Below, piece by piece: positions 26,283-34,559 of a stretch of DNA of 64,000 nucleotides. Within the stretch, counting starts at the first letter, position 1; each line of letters starts with the position of its first letter. This stretch comes from Clostridia bacterium. Lineage in GTDB: Bacteria; Bacillota; Clostridia; Oscillospirales; CAG-272. A model generated the notes under the pieces. The model was not told the DNA's origin. It searched no databases and was given only the letters and a program-made list of their open reading frames with translations. Location: assembly GCA_017621695.1 (NCBI GenBank), contig JAGASP010000068.1, forward strand, positions 3,858-67,857, given 5' to 3'. A program made the translations under genes and the position numbers.

Positions 26283-28213
26283 TGGCTGCAAGAGATCTTC
26301 AGGAATTGCAAAAAAGATATGCCTCCCTCGGAAAAACAAACGGAAGAGGCCCGGGTGGCCCCGGAGGTCCCCGCAGAGGCGGTCCTCGCCCCCAAGGCAA
26401 GCCCAAGAATACCAAAGCAACCGTCAAGCGCCTCATGGCCTACGTTGCCGCCTATAAGGCGCGGCTTATGATCGTGCTGCTGTTTATGCTGCTCAACACA
26501 TTGACATCGGTCGCGGGCAGCTATCTCTTGCGCGACGTGATCAACGCGCTGGATCGCACCGTCGATCCGGGGAAAAGCATCCTTCTGCGCTTCATTATGC
26601 CGGATGCCGTGGCCGCTGGTGTGCTGACCGATACGGAACGACTTTACTGTCTGGGCATCATCCTTTTGGTGCTGGCGGCCATATATGCCGTGGGTATCGT
26701 GTCGGTGTTTTTGCAGGCGCGGCTCATGCTCAAGGTGTCGCAAAGCGCCGTGGAAAAGCTCAGAAATGATCTGTTTCAAAAAATGCAGACGCTCCCTGTG
26801 CGCTATTTCGACGCGCATCCCACGGGAGAGCTTATGTCCCGTTTTACCAACGACATTGACAACATCGACATGATGATCAACAGCACCCTCACCAACCTGA
26901 TCTCGGGTGTGATCACCCTCGCGGGTACGTTTGTCATGATGATCTATACCAACATCTGGCTGACCCTCATCACCGTGGCCTTTGTGCCTCTGCTGTCCCT
27001 TGGCGGCGCGGTGATCGCCAAACGCTCTGCCAAGTATTACAGCCAACAGCAGGCGGCGTTGGGCGCTGTCAACGGATATATTGAAGAATCCGTCACAGGC
27101 AGTAAGGTCGTGAAGGTGTTTAACCATGAGGAGACTTGTCTGGAGGAGTTTGAGCTTCTCAACCGCGATATGCGCGACAAGCAGTTCCGTGCGCAATTTT
27201 ACGGCGGTGTGATGGGCCCTGTGATGCACAACATCAGCAGCATCGCGTTTGCGGTTACGGCAGGTGTCGGCGGTCTGCTTTGCGTGCTCAACGGCTTTGA
27301 CGTGGGCGGCCTGACGGTGTTCTGTAACTATTCCCGCCAGTTCTCCATGCCCATCAACGCCATCTCCATGCAGATGTCCACCATCTTCTCGGCGCTGGCG
27401 GGCGCTGAGCGTGTGTTTGCCGTCATGGATGAAGCGCCCGAAACCGCCGACCTGCCCGATGCCATTGAGATGAAGGGAATTCGCGGCGAGGTGGTTCTGG
27501 ACAACGTTTCCTTCGGATACGTTCCCGGGCAGACGGTTCTGCGCCATGTGAGCCTGTACGCCAACGCGGGACAAAAGATCGCGTTTGTGGGTTCTACAGG
27601 CGCGGGCAAGACGACCGTGACCAATCTTTTGACCCGCTTCTATGATATTGATGAGGGCATCATCACGATCGATGGGATCAATCTCCGCTCCTATACCCGT
27701 GATTCCCTGCGCGCGCATATCGCTATGGTGTTGCAGGATACCCATCTGTTTACGGGAACGATTATGGAAAACATCCGCTACGGCCGCCCCGACGCGACGG
27801 ACGAAGAGGTTGTCGCGGCGGCCAAAACCGCCAGTGCGCACAGCTTTATCATGCGTTTGGAAAACGGATATCAAACCGTTCTGGAGGGGGACGGCTCCAA
27901 CCTTTCCCAAGGTCAGCGCCAGCTCCTCAACATTGCCCGTGCCGCCATTTCCAATGCGCCCATTCTGGTGCTGGACGAGGCGACCTCCTCGGTAGATACC
28001 CGTACCGAGCGCCACATTGAGCGAGGCATGGATCGTCTGATGAAGAATCGCACGACCTTTGTGATTGCCCACCGCCTCTCTACCGTCCGCAATGCCAATG
28101 CCATCATGGTGCTGGAGCAGGGGGAGATCATTGAGCGTGGAACCCACGAGCAGCTTCTTGCCCTGGGCGGGCGCTACTACGAGCTGTATACAGGCAAGAA
28201 GGAATTGGACTGA
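26282..28213 (+). CDS. ABC exporter, fused permease/ATPase subunit B
   Basis: 643 aa. The start overlaps the upstream stop (TAATG). Walker A GSTGAGKTT, signature LSQGQRQL, Walker B ILVLDEATSSVD. Confidence 0.9.
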   Translation: MAARDLQELQKRYASLGKTNGRGPGGPGGPRRGGPRPQGKPKNTKATVKRLMAYVAAYKARLMIVLLFMLLNTLTSVAGSYLLRDVINALDRTVDPGKSILLRFIMPDAVAAGVLTDTERLYCLGIILLVLAAIYAVGIVSVFLQARLMLKVSQSAVEKLRNDLFQKMQTLPVRYFDAHPTGELMSRFTNDIDNIDMMINSTLTNLISGVITLAGTFVMMIYTNIWLTLITVAFVPLLSLGGAVIAKRSAKYYSQQQAALGAVNGYIEESVTGSKVVKVFNHEETCLEEFELLNRDMRDKQFRAQFYGGVMGPVMHNISSIAFAVTAGVGGLLCVLNGFDVGGLTVFCNYSRQFSMPINAISMQMSTIFSALAGAERVFAVMDEAPETADLPDAIEMKGIRGEVVLDNVSFGYVPGQTVLRHVSLYANAGQKIAFVGSTGAGKTTVTNLLTRFYDIDEGIITIDGINLRSYTRDSLRAHIAMVLQDTHLFTGTIMENIRYGRPDATDEEVVAAAKTASAHSFIMRLENGYQTVLEGDGSNLSQGQRQLLNIARAAISNAPILVLDEATSSVDTRTERHIERGMDRLMKNRTTFVIAHRLSTVRNANAIMVLEQGEIIERGTHEQLLALGGRYYELYTGKKELD

Positions 28214-28270
28214 CGGAATGCCTCTTTGCAAAGGCGAGCGTCTGTTCGTTCCGGCAACATAAAATAAAAA

Positions 28271-28310
28271 TCCCCGACGGACACGCATGCGGTCTCCGCC
28301 GGGGATTTTT
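28271..28310 (+). terminator. Intrinsic terminator of the ABC exporter operon
   Basis: TCCCCGACGGA - loop - TCCGCCGGGGA followed by TTTTTAT. There is one mismatch in the stem. Confidence 0.7.
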
Positions 28311-28408
28311 ATGGGATCCAAAAGGTTGTTTGCCGCAGTGCGGCGGCCATTGCTCGCGTGACATTCTCCGCAGGGAAGGTGCATCACCCGACAAGAGGTG
28401 GGTTATGT

Positions 28409-28725
28409 AAATTGTTGTTTAGCGGGGTAAACCCCACACCTCTCGGGTGTCGGATGAGCGATGGGGGTTCTGGGGGCGAAGCCCCCAGAACCTATGAGAA
28501 TGGCCGGCGGTTTCGGGGGCGGCCTTGAGCGCCCTGAATCAAATAAAAATTGTTTTGCGGAGCAAAACTTCCTTGTTTCATAAAGAGAATATTGTTTTCG
28601 TATAACCTTCTTGCGGCTTTCGCCGCGCGCCGAGGCGCTCACGGCCGCCCTCGGCACTGCCGGCCACCGCATTGAGGTGCAGGGGCTGCGCCCCTGCACC
28701 CCCTTAGGCCGCTAAACAACAATTT
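28409..28725. mobile_element. 317-bp MITE-like palindromic element (non-autonomous, no coding capacity)
   Basis: Perfect 17-bp terminal inverted repeats: AAATTGTTGTTTAGCGG at 28409-28425 and CCGCTAAACAACAATTT at 28709-28725. The arms are imperfect inverted copies of each other. Left arm: GGGGGTTCTGGGGGCGAAGCCCCCAGAACC ... TGGCCGGCGG ... GGGCGGCCTTGAGCGCC. Reverse complement of right arm: GGGGGTGCAGGGGCGCAGCCCCTGCACC ... TGGCCGGCAG ... GGGCGGCCGTGAGCGCC. The centre is AT-rich. Confidence 0.6.
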
Positions 28726-28731
28726 GTAGCC

Positions 28732-29325
28732 TTAACCCACCAGACCCTTGATCCCGCTTTCCAGCTCAGCGGCGGTCATCATACCTACCTTGTAGTTGAC
28801 GGCTTCGCCCTTGGCGTTGATGAAATACGTTGTGGGGATAGAGGATACCATATAGGCATTGGCAGCGCTGTAGGCTGTATCAAAATATACGGGGAAGGTG
28901 TAGCCGTTGTCCGCGACAAATGCCTTGACGGATGCAACGGTATCTCTCTGCCCGTCGGTCAGATTGACCATGAGAAAGACGACCTCGTCCTTATAGGTCT
29001 CGGCGGCTTGGTTAAAATCGGGCAACTCCTGCTTGCAGGGCGGACACCACGTTGCCCAGAAATTGAGCACGACAGGCTTGCCGCGGAAGTCCGAGAGCTT
29101 TACGGTGTTGCCGTCCTTGTTCAGCACCGAAAAATCAGGGGTGTAGTTGACGTTCTCGTCGGGTGTGGGTGCGGGGGGATTGTTCATTTCAGCCGTATCT
29201 TGCGCACCGCTTTGCGTGGGAGGACGCGAGAAATGCTCCTCCTCCGTAGAGCTACAGGCGGTGGAGAGCAGGCAGAACAGGATCGTCATGCCCAGAGCAA
29301 TTAACTTTAACGATAAGTTCTTCAT
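28732..29325 (-). CDS. TlpA/ResA-like thiol-disulfide oxidoreductase lipoprotein (thioredoxin fold)
   Basis: 197 aa. Lipoprotein signal LFCLLSTAC. Active-site motif WATWCPPCKQELP. Confidence 0.85.
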   Translation of the reverse strand: MKNLSLKLIALGMTILFCLLSTACSSTEEEHFSRPPTQSGAQDTAEMNNPPAPTPDENVNYTPDFSVLNKDGNTVKLSDFRGKPVVLNFWATWCPPCKQELPDFNQAAETYKDEVVFLMVNLTDGQRDTVASVKAFVADNGYTFPVYFDTAYSAANAYMVSSIPTTYFINAKGEAVNYKVGMMTAAELESGIKGLVG

Positions 29326-29337
29326 ATTTTACCTCCA

Positions 29338-30045
29338 TTATCTTTGCCACGTGCCGAGAAAGCGCATCAGCACGCGGATGGCGGTGTCTGCGGCTTTCTT
29401 GCAGAAGGTGGGATAGTCATCCGATGCATCCTCGTCGCCGCCGTCTGAAATGGCGCGCAGAATGGCGCAGGGGGTTTGGTTGATATAGCATACGTGGGCG
29501 ATCGCAGCGCCCTCCATCTCGCAGGCTACGCAGTTGTCAAACGTAGCTGTGATGCGCGCTTTGACGGCGGCGCTGCTAATGAACTGGTCGCCCGAAACGA
29601 TGGTGCCGCGCACCGACTTGACACCCTCGTGTCCGACGCAAGCTGCAAGACACGCGGTCACCTCTCTGTCGGTGGGGAAGTATACCACGTTGATGCCCGA
29701 CACCAGACCGACGGGGTCACCGAGGGGAGATGTGTCCATATCATGCTGGACGAGTGCGTCGGCGAGGGCTACCTGGCCGATGGAAAGGTCAGAGGTCAGC
29801 GTGCCTGCCACGCCGGTGTTGATGACGATGCGGGGCGCATAGGTCAAAATCATGGTCTGCGCGCACACGGCGGCAAATACCTTGCCGATCCCGCACTGTG
29901 CTACCACAACGCGGCGACCTTGGAGCATACCGCTGACAAAATCAATGCCCGATACGGTATGGGTCTCGGTGTCTGTCATGGCGGCCTTGAGCGCGTCTGT
30001 TTCGATCTTCATGGCACCGATGATACCGATTTCTACGTTGTTCAT
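29338..30045 (-). CDS. mtnN: 5'-methylthioadenosine/S-adenosylhomocysteine nucleosidase
   Basis: 235 aa. Motifs are IGIIGAMKIE, CGIGKV and ACEMEGAAIAHV. Confidence 0.88.
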   Translation of the reverse strand: MNNVEIGIIGAMKIETDALKAAMTDTETHTVSGIDFVSGMLQGRRVVVAQCGIGKVFAAVCAQTMILTYAPRIVINTGVAGTLTSDLSIGQVALADALVQHDMDTSPLGDPVGLVSGINVVYFPTDREVTACLAACVGHEGVKSVRGTIVSGDQFISSAAVKARITATFDNCVACEMEGAAIAHVCYINQTPCAILRAISDGGDEDASDDYPTFCKKAADTAIRVLMRFLGTWQR

Positions 30046-30084
30046 ATGTGTTTCTCCTTGATAGATGATGAGATGCCCGGGAAT

Positions 30085-31377
30085 TTATTCTCCCACGAGC
30101 TTGGAGAGCCGCATGAGTGTCAGACGGCGGCGGACGAAGGGGGACATTTCCCATAGCGTGTCCCACAGGTCTTCCGAAAGATCAATGTCCGTCAGGGTGG
30201 ACTTGGCACCCATGTCGGAGAGCATGGCAATGATCTCCTGTCCCGTAGGCAGGGTGCGTTTGGCCAATGCGCGGAGCTCTTCCCAATGAGACAGAAGCGC
30301 TTCGGCGGTCAGACCCTCCAAGGGATCGGGCGTATTTTCGGCGGTCAGCACTTCGTCGGCGCGGCTTGCGAATACGGTTTGGATGCGATCAATCGGCAAT
30401 CCCTCATAGCTGCGGGAATGCAGGGTTTGGGCGGGAAGGGCGAGGAGCTTGTGATAGCGATCGGCCACCAGCGCGGCCGCAACGCCTACCTTTTCCCCGT
30501 GCAACGCAGGGTTATCCTCGGTGATGACGTCCATTTCAATGAGGTGAGAGACGTGGTGCTCAGATCCCGACGCGGGACGGGAATTGCCCACCATCTGCAT
30601 GGCAAGCCCTGACAAAAGCAAGCCGTACATCACGGTTTCCACGGCGGCAGGATCCTTGGAGGCCACGGCATCCTTGCAGGCAAGCAACGCCGCCAGCGCA
30701 TCCTCCTCCAGAGAAATGACGGTTTCGCAGACATATTCGCCTGTGACGATGTGCGACACGCGCCAATCAAACAGCGCGGTGTATTTGCCCAAAAGATCCC
30801 CCACGCCCGATGCTGTCAGCGCATAAGGAGCGGCGGCCAGTACGTCAATGTCAGCGATCAACGCAATGGGCGGCTTGGCGGGAAAAGAACGCTTGACACC
30901 GTGCCACGTCATCGCCGCAATGGAGGAAAGAAACCCGTCCACGCTGGCGGCGGTGGGGACAGAAATGAAGTCCACACCCATTTGCGTGGCTACGTATCGG
31001 GTAATGTCATGTACCGTGCCTGCGCCGACAGCCACCAGAAGATCGCAGTCGCCCATTTCTTCCATCACTTCTCCGACGGTGACTTCGGTCGCGTGCAGAC
31101 CGCCCTCGGGGGTGGAAAGCGAAATGCTTTGCAGACTCCGTCCGTCGCACAGCCATTCCTCGCGCAAAAACGCTTCGGCACACTTGCCGGCTGCGGCGTA
31201 GGTGTTGTCATCCGAGATCATGACGAGATGCTTGTATTCTCCCAATGCCGAGACGGTTTCGGGGAGCTTTGAAAGAGCGCCTGATTCCATCATCAGCGCC
31301 CGAAGGGAGACAGGGTGTCGTTTCCCGCAGCTGCAGGGACGGTTCATGGTAAGAAGAGACCGAATGTTGTGGGACAT
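30085..31377 (-). CDS. sn-glycerol-1-phosphate dehydrogenase-like protein (AraM/EgsA, Fe-ADH_2 family)
   Basis: The ORF track starts at TTG 31395. AAGGAG plus 8 nt favours ATG 31377 (MSHNIRS...). Motifs are GAGTVHDITRYVA, ISVPTAASVDGF, ASGVGDLLGKYTALFDW and GSEHHVSHLIEM. Confidence 0.7.
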   Translation of the reverse strand: MSHNIRSLLTMNRPCSCGKRHPVSLRALMMESGALSKLPETVSALGEYKHLVMISDDNTYAAAGKCAEAFLREEWLCDGRSLQSISLSTPEGGLHATEVTVGEVMEEMGDCDLLVAVGAGTVHDITRYVATQMGVDFISVPTAASVDGFLSSIAAMTWHGVKRSFPAKPPIALIADIDVLAAAPYALTASGVGDLLGKYTALFDWRVSHIVTGEYVCETVISLEEDALAALLACKDAVASKDPAAVETVMYGLLLSGLAMQMVGNSRPASGSEHHVSHLIEMDVITEDNPALHGEKVGVAAALVADRYHKLLALPAQTLHSRSYEGLPIDRIQTVFASRADEVLTAENTPDPLEGLTAEALLSHWEELRALAKRTLPTGQEIIAMLSDMGAKSTLTDIDLSEDLWDTLWEMSPFVRRRLTLMRLSKLVGE

Positions 31378-31572
31378 GGTACAGACTCCTTGCAAGGCGA
31401 ATTTGCGTTATGCCAAATAACCATTCTTATTGTATCATGAAGATGGAGTCTTGTCAATAAAAAGCACTTTAAAAAGCCGGAAGGAAGAGGGGGCGCGGGA
31501 CTTTTCAGCATATTGCTCATAAAGTAGTGGCAAAAACTATAAAAATTGTCTTGAAAAACAACGATAAACCCA

Positions 31573-31601
31573 TTGACAGAAAGAGTTTCGTGTGGTATAA
31601 T
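31573..31601 (+). promoter_or_regulatory. Sigma-A promoter of rpmG-secE-nusG
   Basis: TTGACA (31573-31578) - 17 nt - TATAAT (31596-31601) with a TGn extension. This implies a leader of about 150 nt before rpmG. Confidence 0.6.
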
Positions 31602-31755
31602 GTGGTTACCTCTGCGAATGGGTCTTTTTGTTGCGCCTGAATATTTGCGCCACGAATTTTCAGCCGCCGCAATGCCACTCCGGAGGGAGGTACACACGGC
31701 AAAACCGTCCAATGCTGACGGAATTGCAAAATTTAATATGGGAGGTGCCGAAAAC

Positions 31756-31917
31756 ATGGCTAATGATGTAAGAGTCAGAGTAACTCTTGTCTGCACCGAG
31801 TGCAAGCAGAGAAACTATGACACAATGAAGAACAAGAAAAATGACCCTGATCGACTTGAGCTGAAAAAGCACTGCAAGTTCTGCCGCAAGCACACTCTGC
31901 ACAGAGAGTCTAAGTAA
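31756..31917 (+). CDS. rpmG: 50S ribosomal protein L33
   Basis: 53 aa: [53 protein letters not shown], with a Cys-x2-Cys ... Cys-x2-Cys zinc ribbon. GGGAGGTG RBS. The 114-aa version in the ORF track is an artificial 5' extension. Confidence 0.93.
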   Translation: MANDVRVRVTLVCTECKQRNYDTMKNKKNDPDRLELKKHCKFCRKHTLHRESK

Positions 31918-31932
31918 TTGGGAGGAAATGAC

Positions 31933-32547
31933 ATGACTGCTAAAAACATGAGCAGAAGATTTGCCCTCCTGGCGGCTGTTCTTTCTCTGCTGGTGCTCCT
32001 TTCCTTCGCCGTTGTTCCCGGCTTTGCTGCTGATGAAGCTGCATCCGAGCCTGCAACGTCCGAGTCCGTCGAAGCAACCCCCGATGAATCTGCCGCTCCT
32101 GCTGACTCCGCGGAGCCCGAAAGCGGCACTGCTTCCGAGACCGGCACAACGGCTGAAACGGGTACAGGCACAACGTCCACTACCGAAGCTGCTACGGGTA
32201 CCGAGGCTTCTACCGAGACCGGTACGACTGCCGTTACCCCCGATGCAGGTAAGAACCAGTGGAGCAAGGAAGATACCTACCGCCTGGTGATCAACCTGAG
32301 CGTTGGTGGCGTAATCGTTCTGGCTGCTGTTGCCCTGCTGATCGTATTCCGCAAGAAGATTCCCGGCTTTGTAAAGGCTTTGAAGAGCGAGTGCGGTAAG
32401 ATCGTCTGGTGCCCCAAGGACAAGCTGAAGAAGAATTCTATCGTCGTGCTTCTCACCATCGTGGTGATTGCTGTCCTCATCTTCTTGCTTGACCTCGCAT
32501 TCTCCGAGGGCTTGGTGCTTCTGAGAAATCTGATTAAGAAGATCTGA
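31933..32547 (+). CDS. secE: Preprotein translocase subunit SecE with long N-terminal extension
   Basis: GGAGG lies 7 nt before ATG 31933. The C-terminal about 65 aa are canonical SecE (IPGFVKALKSECGKIVWCPKDKLKKNSIVVLLTIVVIAVLIFLLDLAF). This core is preceded by an extra TM helix. Further upstream is an N-terminal signal-anchor plus an acidic A/T/E/S/G-rich low-complexity segment of about 95 aa. Confidence 0.8.
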   Translation: MTAKNMSRRFALLAAVLSLLVLLSFAVVPGFAADEAASEPATSESVEATPDESAAPADSAEPESGTASETGTTAETGTGTTSTTEAATGTEASTETGTTAVTPDAGKNQWSKEDTYRLVINLSVGGVIVLAAVALLIVFRKKIPGFVKALKSECGKIVWCPKDKLKKNSIVVLLTIVVIAVLIFLLDLAFSEGLVLLRNLIKKI

Positions 32548-32577
32548 GCTCAACGATAAAACCGAGAGGGAAGTATC

Positions 32578-33117
32578 ATGAGCAATATCGACGAACTGAA
32601 CGAAGGTCTGAAATGGTATGTGGCGCATACGTATTCCGGCTATGAAAGCAAGGTTAAAGCGAACCTTGAAAAAATTGTTGAAAACCGCGGTCTCGGAAAT
32701 TTGATTTTCGACATCCGCATCCCTGTCGAGACTGTCATCGAAAAGAACGGTGCAGAGGAAAAGACCGTTGAGGTCAAGGTTTTCCCCAGCTACGTGTTTG
32801 TCAAGATGATTATGACGGGTGAGAGCTGGCACGCTGTGAGAAACATCACGGGCGTGACGGGCTTTGTCGGCCCCGGCTCCCGTCCCACGCCTCTGTCCGA
32901 TGAAGAGGTGGCTCGACTCAACTTCGAAGAAGTCAAGGTGCATCTCAACTTCGCCGAGGGCGACGAAATTATGATCGTCAGCGGTATGTTCGAGGGCTAC
33001 CAGGGCGTGGTTCAATCCATCTCCGAGGATCTTCGAAAGGTTACGGTGCTCGTCAAGCGCGGCCGCCGCGACATTCCCGTGGAGCTTGATAGCTCTGACA
33101 TCAAGCTCGCAAAATAA
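32578..33117 (+). CDS. nusG: Transcription termination/antitermination protein NusG
   Basis: 179 aa. NGN domain is WYVAHTYSGYESKVKANLE. C-terminal KOW motif is GDEIMIVSGMFEGYQGVV. Conserved position after secE. Confidence 0.93.
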   Translation: MSNIDELNEGLKWYVAHTYSGYESKVKANLEKIVENRGLGNLIFDIRIPVETVIEKNGAEEKTVEVKVFPSYVFVKMIMTGESWHAVRNITGVTGFVGPGSRPTPLSDEEVARLNFEEVKVHLNFAEGDEIMIVSGMFEGYQGVVQSISEDLRKVTVLVKRGRRDIPVELDSSDIKLAK

Positions 33118-33271
33118 GCAAAGCAAACGATCGGATTGCTTTGGCGGCGTCATCCGCTCAACTGACACTTTGAAGGCGGCGCAATACCATTGAGACGTCG
33201 CCCGTGGGAGGGAGAAAATATCGCCTTTGGCAAATCTCCCGCACAAGTACCACAAATGGAGGAATTCAATT

Positions 33272-33697
33272 ATGGCAAAGAAAATTATGGGTTATATCAA
33301 GCTCCAGCTTCCTGCCGGTAAGGCAACCCCTCAGCCTCCCGTAGGTCCCGCTCTGGGTCAGTACGGTGTGGCTATCCCCGTATTCACCAAGGAATTCAAC
33401 GAGCGCACCAAGAATGACATCGGTCTCATCATCCCCGTTGTTATCACTGTGTACGCTGACCGTTCCTTCACCTTCATCACCAAGACTCCCCCCGCTCCCG
33501 TCCTGATCAAGAAGGCTGCCGGCATCGAGACCGCTTCCGCAAAGCCCAACAAGGACAAGGTGGCTAAGATCACCAAGGAGCAGGTGCAGAAGATCGCAGA
33601 GACCAAGATGCCCGACCTGAACGCAGGTTCCCTCGAGGCTGCTATGAGCATGATCGCAGGTACCGCCCGTTCCATGGGTATCACTGTCGAGGACTAA
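33272..33697 (+). CDS. rplK: 50S ribosomal protein L11
   Basis: 141 aa from ATG 33272 ([30 protein letters not shown]). GGAGG RBS at 33258-33262. The ORF-track start at 33227 is an extension. Confidence 0.95.
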   Translation: MAKKIMGYIKLQLPAGKATPQPPVGPALGQYGVAIPVFTKEFNERTKNDIGLIIPVVITVYADRSFTFITKTPPAPVLIKKAAGIETASAKPNKDKVAKITKEQVQKIAETKMPDLNAGSLEAAMSMIAGTARSMGITVED

Positions 33698-33716
33698 TTG
33701 AAGGAGGAATACGGAA

Positions 33717-34412
33717 ATGGCTAAAGTTGGAAAGAAGTACTCCGACAGCGCAAAGCTGATCGATAAGAGCAAAATGTATGATCCTGCTGAGGCGCTGGCT
33801 CTGGTTTGCCAGACGTCCAAGGCAAAGTTCGATGAGACCATCGAAATCCACATCCGTCTGGGTGTTGACTCCCGTCACGCTGACCAGCAGGTCCGTGGTG
33901 CAGTCGTTCTGCCCAACGGTACCGGTAAGACCGTGAAGATCCTGGTGTTCGCTAAGGGCGACAACATCAAGGCTGCCGAAGAGGCAGGTGCAGATTACGT
34001 CGGCGGCGCTGAGTACGCCGAGAAGATCCAGAAGGAAAACTGGTTCGACTTCGACGTTGTTATCGCTTCCCCTGACATGATGGGTACCATCGGTCGTCTG
34101 GGTAAGGTTCTGGGTCCTAAGGGTCTGATGCCCTCTCCCAAGGCAGGCACCGTTACCAACGATGTTGCCAAGGCTGTTCGCGAGGCTAAGGCCGGTAAGA
34201 TCGAGTACCGTCTCGATAAGACCAACATCATCCACTGCCCCATCGGTAAGGCATCCTTCGGTGCAGAGAAGCTCCAGGCTAACTTCGATACCCTGGTTGG
34301 CGCAGTTATCAAGGCTAAGCCCGCTGCTGCCAAGGGTCAGTATATCAAGTCCTGCGTGATCGCTTCCACCATGGGCCCCGGCATCAAGATCAACCAGTCC
34401 AAGCTGGGCTGA
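33717..34412 (+). CDS. rplA: 50S ribosomal protein L1
   Basis: 231 aa: [27 protein letters not shown] ... [25 protein letters not shown]. Confidence 0.95.
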   Translation: MAKVGKKYSDSAKLIDKSKMYDPAEALALVCQTSKAKFDETIEIHIRLGVDSRHADQQVRGAVVLPNGTGKTVKILVFAKGDNIKAAEEAGADYVGGAEYAEKIQKENWFDFDVVIASPDMMGTIGRLGKVLGPKGLMPSPKAGTVTNDVAKAVREAKAGKIEYRLDKTNIIHCPIGKASFGAEKLQANFDTLVGAVIKAKPAAAKGQYIKSCVIASTMGPGIKINQSKLG

Positions 34413-34435
34413 TTTGAGCCGAGTATTGTGAATAG

Positions 34436-34469
34436 AAAAAAGCTCTCACTTCGGTGAGAGCTTTTTTTG
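34436..34469 (+). terminator. Intrinsic terminator after rplA
   Basis: AAAAAAGCTCTCAC-TTCG-GTGAGAGCTTTTTTT, a GNRA-like tetraloop hairpin followed by a T7 run. Confidence 0.8.
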
Positions 34470-34559
34470 TTGTTTCAGAGAAAGCCAAATGAAAGGACAA
34501 GCACTCTCCCCTACGGTAGAGCGCTTGTCCTGTTTAACTTGATAGGACGGTTCGGTTTG

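Noticed and set aside
24519-28387. 633-aa and 723-aa minus-strand ORFs
   Set aside because: They are antisense to the two ABC exporter genes, which carry unambiguous Walker A/B and LSGGQ-type motifs. These are shadow ORFs.
28403-28699. 98-aa ORF inside the MITE-like element
   Set aside because: It is fully contained in a palindromic GC-rich repeat. It is P/R/G/A-rich, has no RBS, and the frame exists only because of the repeat composition.
31573-31755. N-terminal extension of the L33 ORF (114-aa version); similar 5' extensions occur at 33227, 36170, 37945, 43010, 46999, 54114 and 58978
   Set aside because: In each case an internal ATG with a good GGAGG-type RBS gives the canonical N-terminus or signal peptide. 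The extensions overlap promoters, repeats or upstream genes.
31660-33255. 531-aa minus-strand ORF spanning three genes
   Set aside because: It runs antisense across rpmG, secE and nusG, which are universally conserved and clearly coded on the plus strand.
33118-33271. Possible L1-binding regulatory leader upstream of rplK (GGGAG ... CTCCC hairpin at about 33205-33245)
   Set aside because: There is only a short generic hairpin, and I cannot match it to a defined leader motif without a covariance model.
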